A stretch of DNA of 60,789 nucleotides, filler included, from Platydemus manokwari (lineage: Eukaryota): NCBI GenBank assembly GCA_037951405.1. It is 6 parts of 6 records of this genome, joined end to end, with 100 filler letters (N's around TTAATTAATTAA, not from the genome) between each part and the next. Parts side by side here need not be neighbours in the genome. Positions count along the whole stretch, not along the records: positions 50,174 to 60,789 come from JBBMOY011119441.1; 5 more parts are not named here. One strand, written 5' to 3'. Below, one piece after another: positions 53,401 through 60,789 of this stretch. Within the stretch, counting starts at the first letter, position 1; each line of letters begins with the position of its first letter. Made by a program: the position numbers and the translations under genes. Below the pieces are notes generated by a model. It made no database searches, had not been told where the DNA came from, and saw only the letters and a list, made by a program, of their open reading frames with translations.

Positions 53401-56400
53401 TTATCGATTAAATTAGTACTGAGACTTGTTATCACCGATATAGTAATGTTAAAATATTAGGTGTTATAAAATTATTTATTTACTTTATTATTTTTATTTT
53501 AGTCCCTAGGGACCGCTCCAAAATTAGGTCGCAACACAAAAAGTGTGAAGACCACTGATTTAATCTATCACAATTATTATTCACCAAACTATATACAAAT
53601 CTCAACAACCTTACCCGAATATTTAATCGATTTCATTGACATATGCTACATTTTCCTTTCCTTAATTCAATTCCTTCAATATCAAAATTTTGTTTCGATA
53701 TTTTCGATTTGTTAATATTATTAACAGTTGCCACCAGATTACAATAAATTTTACAATAAAATGAAGCTAATATATGTTGAACTTTTAATAATCGATACTG
53801 TTTTTCCGTTTCTCTTATAATCAATTGTGTGTAATTTTTAGATTCCCAAATCAAATTCTCTACTTAATAGAAAAATTTAAGATTTATAGACAAATCTGAA
53901 GAGATGAAATTTAATTTTGAAATTTAAAAACGAAATTTTGAACATTGATGTGATTATATGTATTGTTGTTCTTATAAAAATTAACTTTTGTTTTAAATTT
54001 CGAGAATGAAGAAATTTTGGCACCTAACAATTCTAAATTCAGATTTCAATTTCACCACTAATCGATATAATTTTTGGTTCTAAATGTTGATCTTGACGTG
54101 GAATATCGAACATTAGCAAGATTAATTCTATTGATTTTTAAAGTTACAAAAAGAAATAGCAATAGTTAATAAACTTGTACATTATTATTTCATGAGGAAA
54201 AGTAAAAATAAATGTAATTTATTCTATAATTTCTACAAATATTTATAATGTAAATCTCTCAGTTAATGAAATGAATCTATTTAATATCGAGAACGAATAT
54301 TCATAAATAAATATATTTGATCATAATAGATAAATATTTGTAAATAATGTTACAGAGCTGAAGTGAACACTAGTGAGATAACCAGATCATCAAAAGTAAT
54401 TCTGTGGAAATATTCATTGCAGGAATTATGTAGAACTTAATTTCTTTTTCTTCGCTTCAATAAAACTGGAACGAAACTGATGTTGAGATAATTGAGATAA
54501 AGCAATTCCAAGATAATTCCGGAATTATTAAGAGATGAAGCATTTTTATCAGCAAAACTCACAGCAAATAAACACGCTTTCATGACGACAGTAAATAAAA
54601 ATGTTATTGATGATAATAGAAATATTTCGATACAAGATCTAATTTCGGAATTACGTAATTTCTTTTGATTATTCTCTTGATTGTTTCCTAATGATTTTCT
54701 TGTCCGTGAATGATTGAGCATAATTTCGATTAATACGAAATTTATCAATGCATTTATCATTATATAGATCAAACCGATAGGATGAAGCAATAATAGATAA
54801 TATCCATATAAATAAAGTTGATTAATGGATCCATAAATTAAACATCGATTTTGATTTCTATTAGATTCATAGTGTTTTTGATGACTTAACCAGTGTGGAA
54901 TTGCAGTTAAAATATTCCAAAAAACTGATCCAATTACCACAATTATTGCACTTTTATAACCCCATGATCGACTTTCAAACGGCATCATCACGGACAGGCA
55001 ACGATCAATGGAACAGAATAATAAAATAAGAAAAGACATTTGATCCCAGAAACAAATCATTGTATTAGTAAATTTACAGAAAAAATTACTTTTTGTCATT
55101 AGAATCCAATAATGTTTTCCAATGGTTATCCATGGTAACCCAATAGCTGGAAACAAGTGGATCCATATCCAGAACATGTTGGTCAAAACTTGAGATATAG
55201 CCAATGATATCATGTAGACGTTTTGTCTGGTAATTGTTCGTGTTTTCGTGAAATGATAAATCGCCATCCCATTGACGAATAAACCGACAATCGTCATTAT
55301 TGGATTGAAATATGCCATCATAAACGACATGATTGTTAAAAATTTGCATTTTTCTGCATAACTGGCTGAAAGATTGAGATAATTCGATCTTACGATTGCA
55401 CAAGATGTTAAAAATGTAAATTGATTGAAATATTCTATGTTCTCACTAAACCCATTGATAATTTCCTCATCTTGTTTCAGCATATTCTTGAACAAAAAAT
55501 CCATCACATAATATTTATGCATTTATTTTATACTACTATATAATTGACAGAATTGACAAATTGAGAACATGTTGACTTGGAATAATATCTGTGTTAGAGA
55601 CTTAATGTTTTTGTTTATTTTTTGTAATTTATTTAAATTAATATTTCATTATTATTTAATATAATGAAAATATAATTTTTGTGGAGATTTTAAAACAGAA
55701 CGAACGATTTAATAATTATTTCCATCAAAATATAGTTTGTTCTTAATGATATTAAATTTAGATCGCTTGACTATACGTATGAGCCCGATCATATTATTCT
55801 TACAAACTCTCTTTTATTGAAATGTAACCAGTGGATTAGCCACAGAGGACCAAATCTTTCGTCAGGAACAAAATTGTCATCAATGATGGTTAACAGACGA
55901 ATGATTTGGCTTAGTGATACCAAGGGATTTATACATGTTGGATTCCGGCGAGATGATTCCGATTCAAGTGATAATAGTTCGTCTTCGGCGAATGATAAGA
56001 TGTTGTGGCTTATTGAAACGGAACTTCGAACAGATAGGGTTCGTTACAGTTTTTTTAAATTTAATTATTTATCAGTAAATGTGACTCGAACGATTATAAT
56101 TTATTTAAATTTCATGGTTCTTTTGATTAAACCAAGATTCAATAGTGTATGGGACTAACCTTTTCTTTATTATGTTTGGCAAACTACTGAATTCAATGCC
56201 CGAGTAAATTCAACACGTGTTGCTTATTTACAGACTCAATTAAATTCTAAAACCATTGATTATAATAAGATTATAATATTATATTAACATTAAAATAATA
56301 TTTTCAATTTCCTTCGTGATTTCGGTTCAAATCATGTGATAATTTTTATGATAATTCTTCTAATACTTTGTTGTTTATTTTTGAACATTTATAGTGGAAA

Positions 56401-58691
56401 ATGTGAGTTTCTTTCAATGGGTTAATACCTACCTTACGCATCTCTTAATATCATAAAACCGCATCGGGAAACATAAAATGAAAACCCCTATTAATTAAAA
56501 TAGATATTTGTATACTTGTGAGATAAATGTATTCCGTACTTCAAAACATCGGAAAGATGCACAGAAAATAGATCTAGTTATTATATTTCAATTCAATTGG
56601 TTTTATGAAAGGAAAAAGTTAATATATTAATTCATCTTCATACGGTGCTTGAAAATTATTTTATAAAATTATTATTATTCTATAAATTTGTCATCATTAG
56701 GTTATGTCATCTCCGGGTGGATTTATATTATGGCGTGAGAAAGCTGGAGAAATATCAGTTTACACCGGTGTCACGAAAATTTGGAGTCCAAAAGTTATTA
56801 AGGAAAAGGTTTTAGTAAAAAAGAATTGGGAAAATACAATGAAAGAAATCAAAGACATCGATATTGATGATGAAATGGCCGTTGTAGTAACTAAAAAGGG
56901 TCAATTAAAAGTAAATAAATTACTTATTAAATTACTTATTAGCAAATATGTATAATGGGATGATGTATTTTCAAACAAAAAGATCAAATTCGGGACAATT
57001 CTTATTGTTTTAATTGTTATTCAAGGTCATGAACGGAATATCAAGTAGAACACCTTACAAAAGGTCATTAACTGTGGACATAACAGGGCATGTTACTTTA
57101 GCTTCGACGTTCGGTGGGATCATATGGTGTGTTACTGAAGTAGATTTGATCCAATCTAATACTATAGTATGTTTTGAAGATTTAAAAAGAATTTATTCAT
57201 TTTTCAAATCAGTCCCAGCATATTTTTGCCTGTGTGGCCAAAGATGAAAATGGTGAATTTAATATCTCGTATTGGCGAACAGTTCCATTAGGGAAGGATT
57301 TAGTAAAACCAGCCGAACAAGAATTTGGTTTTTTGGGAGGAAGTGAAGTCATTCGATCGATACAACTTGGGATACAAAATTTGGTATGGATTCTCACTGT
57401 TGATAATATGTGCTTCTTTAGTCAGAATATTTCCTTTGAAAATCCATCTGGAGACGGGATTTGGTATCAGGTGATTTTATGGAGTTTTTATTCGTTAATT
57501 ATATCGTTATATGCAAAAATTAAATTGCATGGTGTCTGTGGAAAGCAAAACATTATCTCTCAACCTGTAGGTGTGAAAATAACGCTAATATATTATACTG
57601 TTCGATACTTACAGATTCGATACTTATTTATTTTTAACGAAAATTGATACTTCTATCATTATTAGTCTTTCAAGGTTTTCACACTTCCCCCTTATATCTT
57701 ATATTTCCCGGTGATATTGGTTAACATGATCCATTTACTCAACACTGCTATATCAATCTTCAACTATTCTGACACTTGTACTACATAAGGGTTTCTCAAT
57801 CCAACTATTTTAATTATATAAAATCTCATTTAATCGTATCTTCACCTTTGAGTTCATCAAAAGATAATGTTAAAGTAATCTTGGTTGACCTGCTGGTATC
57901 TATTTAACACAAATATATAGTTTAATAAAGATTTAAAATATTCTCCATTAGATAACATTACAATTCCTGTTACAATCTCCTTCATATCCTGAAGATAATT
58001 TTACAAACTTGCATACTCGTGTCGAGAAAATGCTTGGATATCCGGAGGGCGAAGGAAAATTTAGAAAAAGTTCACACTTGTCTTTACACCTAAATTCTAA
58101 CAGTTATTTTTTTCGTAGATAGTAATTTAAGTACAAATTTATCAATATTATTATCTGGTAAATGTGCCCCAAAAAAAGCCAAAGGCAATGGGTTGCTTTG
58201 GATTACTTCAATCGATCGAAATTCACCATGTATTCTATTTGAGTCCGATAAAAATATTATCGGCCATCATTGGTTTGATTGTTTCGAAATTGATCGATCA
58301 AAGGAAAGGCTGATGGGTTTACCGGCGTTGGTGTCTTGGAGTTTTGTAGAAGTATCTATTAGAAATTCACTGTGGCTTCTACATAAATCAGGAGAGGTTA
58401 TTTTTTTATTTATTTTAATAAATCATAGATATTCATTCAAATTTTTTTAATGATTTTATATGCAGCCGTATTTAAATGTATTTAAACGTTTTTGAATCGG
58501 GAAATATAATCGATAGTTAAAATGAATGATTATTATTGCTAAATGACTCCAATATAATCTAGTTACTGTGATTACGTTAAGGAAACATTCAAGTTGACAA
58601 GTGTTTTAATAGACGAATCATTTTAAATCAATGCAATATTTGTCTTGCAAAATTCTTTTGTTTTTTGGTTTTATTAAAGTTAAACTAATCT

Positions 58692-58722
<31 letters not shown>

Positions 58723-59003
58723 TTAAACAAAAAAACCTGTCAATAGACAACATTCGTCTAGTATTACTTAAATCAATATTGGAAAAAAATAATGTTTTCA
58801 GTTATTCTGCTACTGGGACGAAAACAAAATCAGAGTTGTAGTAATTCCTTCTTCGTTTGGAAAAATTGTTAAAATCTCAGCTTACAATTACACAGTTGCT
58901 ATTCTCACTTCTCAGTCAAAAATTCTCGTCAGAACAAGTATCAGTGAAAGCAATCCACTCGGTTCGGATTGGAAAGAAATAAAAAATGGTTGGAGTCAAA
59001 AAG
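50461..59003 (+). CDS. TECPR2: Tectonin beta-propeller repeat protein 2, internal exons (acidic linker plus TECPR repeats); both ends incomplete
   Basis: Acidic low-complexity exons (50461-52568) splice in phase to QWISHRGP..MMVNRRMIWLSDTKG, VMSSPGGFILWR, GISSRTPYKRSLTVD..GGIIWCVTE, IQLGIQNLVWILTVDNMCFFSQNISFENPSGDGIWYQ and VRTSISESNPLGSDW, colinear with TECPR2. Further exons probably lie beyond 59003. Confidence 0.82.
53318..53557. mobile_element. hAT (Charlie-like) MITE, same family as 29199-29455
   Basis: TIRs CAGCGTTCTTCA / TGAAGACCACTG and an 8-bp TSD ATTTAATT/ATTTAATC. Shared GACACT..TATATTAAGAC and GTCGCAACACAAAAAGTGTGAAGA segments. Confidence 0.85.
54437..55522 (-). CDS. Intronless orphan rhodopsin-like (class A) GPCR, nested antisense in a TECPR2 intron
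   Basis: 361-aa ORF with multiple hydrophobic helices: TM1 GLFVN, TM2 YMISLAISQ, TM3 FCKF...SIDRCLSVMMP, and an ECL2 Cys. TM7 is degenerate. Confidence 0.9.
   Translation of the reverse strand: MHKYYVMDFLFKNMLKQDEEIINGFSENIEYFNQFTFLTSCAIVRSNYLNLSASYAEKCKFLTIMSFMMAYFNPIMTIVGLFVNGMAIYHFTKTRTITRQNVYMISLAISQVLTNMFWIWIHLFPAIGLPWITIGKHYWILMTKSNFFCKFTNTMICFWDQMSFLILLFCSIDRCLSVMMPFESRSWGYKSAIIVVIGSVFWNILTAIPHWLSHQKHYESNRNQNRCLIYGSINQLYLYGYYLLLLHPIGLIYIMINALINFVLIEIMLNHSRTRKSLGNNQENNQKKLRNSEIRSCIEIFLLSSITFLFTVVMKACLFAVSFADKNASSLNNSGIILELLYLNYLNISFVPVLLKRRKRN
58692..58722. repeat. (GATA)n microsatellite
   Basis: Perfect tandem GATA run. Confidence 0.95.
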
Positions 59004-60681
59004 GTATTTTTATCAGTACTCTTTTTGATTTATCAATATTTAATAAGTAATATAAATACAACGCACAATGTGAGTAGGAGTTTCTCGACAATCATTACTA
59101 TTAGCCAGTTATATTTATGTTATTCCATTTGTATATCATCTGTGTCAAAAAATATTGTCTAGCTATTGATACTTTGCTCAACTATTTCTTATATAAATAA
59201 TTTGATTTATCGAATTCTTCGACAACAAAGAATTTTTATAATTATTCTTATCATCTATTTCGATGCGCTATACGTTCATGAATCTAATTCATTATTTCTT
59301 GTTTTCTCTAAAACCCCTTTATATTTATTTTTGAATGATATAATTACTGAAAGATTAAGAGGGGCTCGAAATATATCCAAGAACTATTGGAATTTATTAT
59401 AATTTTGTCATATTTCTGTGTGTCGTAAACCGTGAAAATATACATTTAGATGTTCTTATTATGACATAATCAACGACCGTTTTCTTTAAGGTTTGATACA
59501 AACAAGTTCTCAGTAATTGAAGAAGCAATTTCACATGAATTGATAAACATTAATTAGGAAGTCTTCTGTAAATGTTATTCAAGCTTCAGGAAATGATGCA
59601 ATCTTCGTGTTGGAGCAAGATGGCGAGCATTTTGGACAGTTGCTATGAAATTGCTTATTATTTACCGTTATTTGTTCTTACTGTTATTGTGTTTTGTTGT
59701 GCATTAAACTAACTCAATACATTTAGTTTGTTTTTATTGTTGTTTTATTTTAATTTTAGAGACAGAAATTTATTGAAATATTATTGATTGATATTAGACC
59801 AGTATTGATGTAATTAATAAAAATTTAATGAGCGATAGAAAACAAAAATTGGGAATCCTGTGTGTCATCTAATTGTGAAAAAATATCTTTAAAATATATA
59901 GATTTTTGGAGCGATTTCTTTATTAAATCGATTTCATTCAGTCCGATTTCAAATGAGTGAGATTGGTCGGACGATATCCAAAGCGACGTATGGAAAAGTT
60001 GAATAAAATTAGAATTAATTGTCGAAAGAAATTTCAAAACAGTACTCGAGAATTAATCACTCCAACTATTTAAGTTACATTTTAGTTATCTTAAACTAAG
60101 CAACTCCACACCGATACTTGCTCTCACATATTAGCTCATAAACTCATTCTGGTTGTCTAATTACTTTAAAATGATAGCTCGAAATTCAACAACCTTCTTA
60201 ATTATATTAACGAATAATAAATGAACACAATTATTAATAATCGATATTAAATGGTGAATTAAATTATATCATGTGAAGGTGATTTTCATCGGGTTCAACT
60301 GTAATCCATTATTGATTTCAAAGATCAAATCACAAATTATTTGAACACAACCTGATGTAGTTGATACAACTAAATAAATAAGCTCTTATCTATATCGATA
60401 AACATTTCACCACAAATACTATCAATTATTGGATTATCGAATAAATAACTTCACAGCTGCATTGCATATTGATCTTTTTATTTATTTCAAGAAAATATTT
60501 AAAATATAAAATTCTATTGGGAGCTGTTTAATAAATTTAGAAAATCAATATTCTTTAAAAACCTGGACACGGTTAACAAAAATTATTTTAGAAATTATAT
60601 TAAAATTTTTAAAATATTTATCACTAAGTTAAATTTGATATATTAAATTGAAAAAATGCCAATGCATGAAAGTACTTTTAT

Positions 60682-60684
<3 letters not shown>

Positions 60685-60713
<29 letters not shown>
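60685..60713. repeat. (TA)n microsatellite
   Basis: Perfect TA run. Confidence 0.95.
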
Positions 60714-60716
<3 letters not shown>

Positions 60717-60789
60717 CCCTTGATTATGAAAGTGGTATAAGTCATTTCAACCTTTCAAAACCAAATTTCCATTTAAAAATGGTAATAAA

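Noticed and set aside
59340-59640. Additional TECPR2 exons, including a possible GC-AG donor near 59623
   Set aside because: I could not establish a phase-consistent path from the exon ending at 59003.

Overview
This is very AT-rich eukaryotic (animal) genomic DNA with many short GT-AG introns of about 40-60 nt. The composition, mariner remnants and GPCR type suggest a free-living flatworm (planarian-like), but that is inference only. Five artificial 100-bp linkers (44N-TTAATTAATTAA-44N) split the window into six 9-12 kb pieces, and most multi-exon genes are cut at a linker, so adjacency across linkers is unreliable. Genes reconstructed by manual splicing and recalled homology are the 3' end of DENND6, an intronless PKA type II regulatory subunit, an orphan ORF, the 3' half of insulin-degrading enzyme, the 3' half of DGAT1, SEL1L3, a single-pass membrane protein with a Tyr-motif tail, and TECPR2 with an antisense intronless rhodopsin-like GPCR nested in one intron. 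The window also holds mariner, pogo and hAT MITEs and fossils, and an 11-bp minisatellite. The most notable element is a cluster of three small secreted pacifastin-like inhibitor genes with an extra conserved cysteine pair and different P1 residues. Second is the PKA-R, whose cyclic-nucleotide phosphate-binding cassettes are non-canonical and partly PKG-like.
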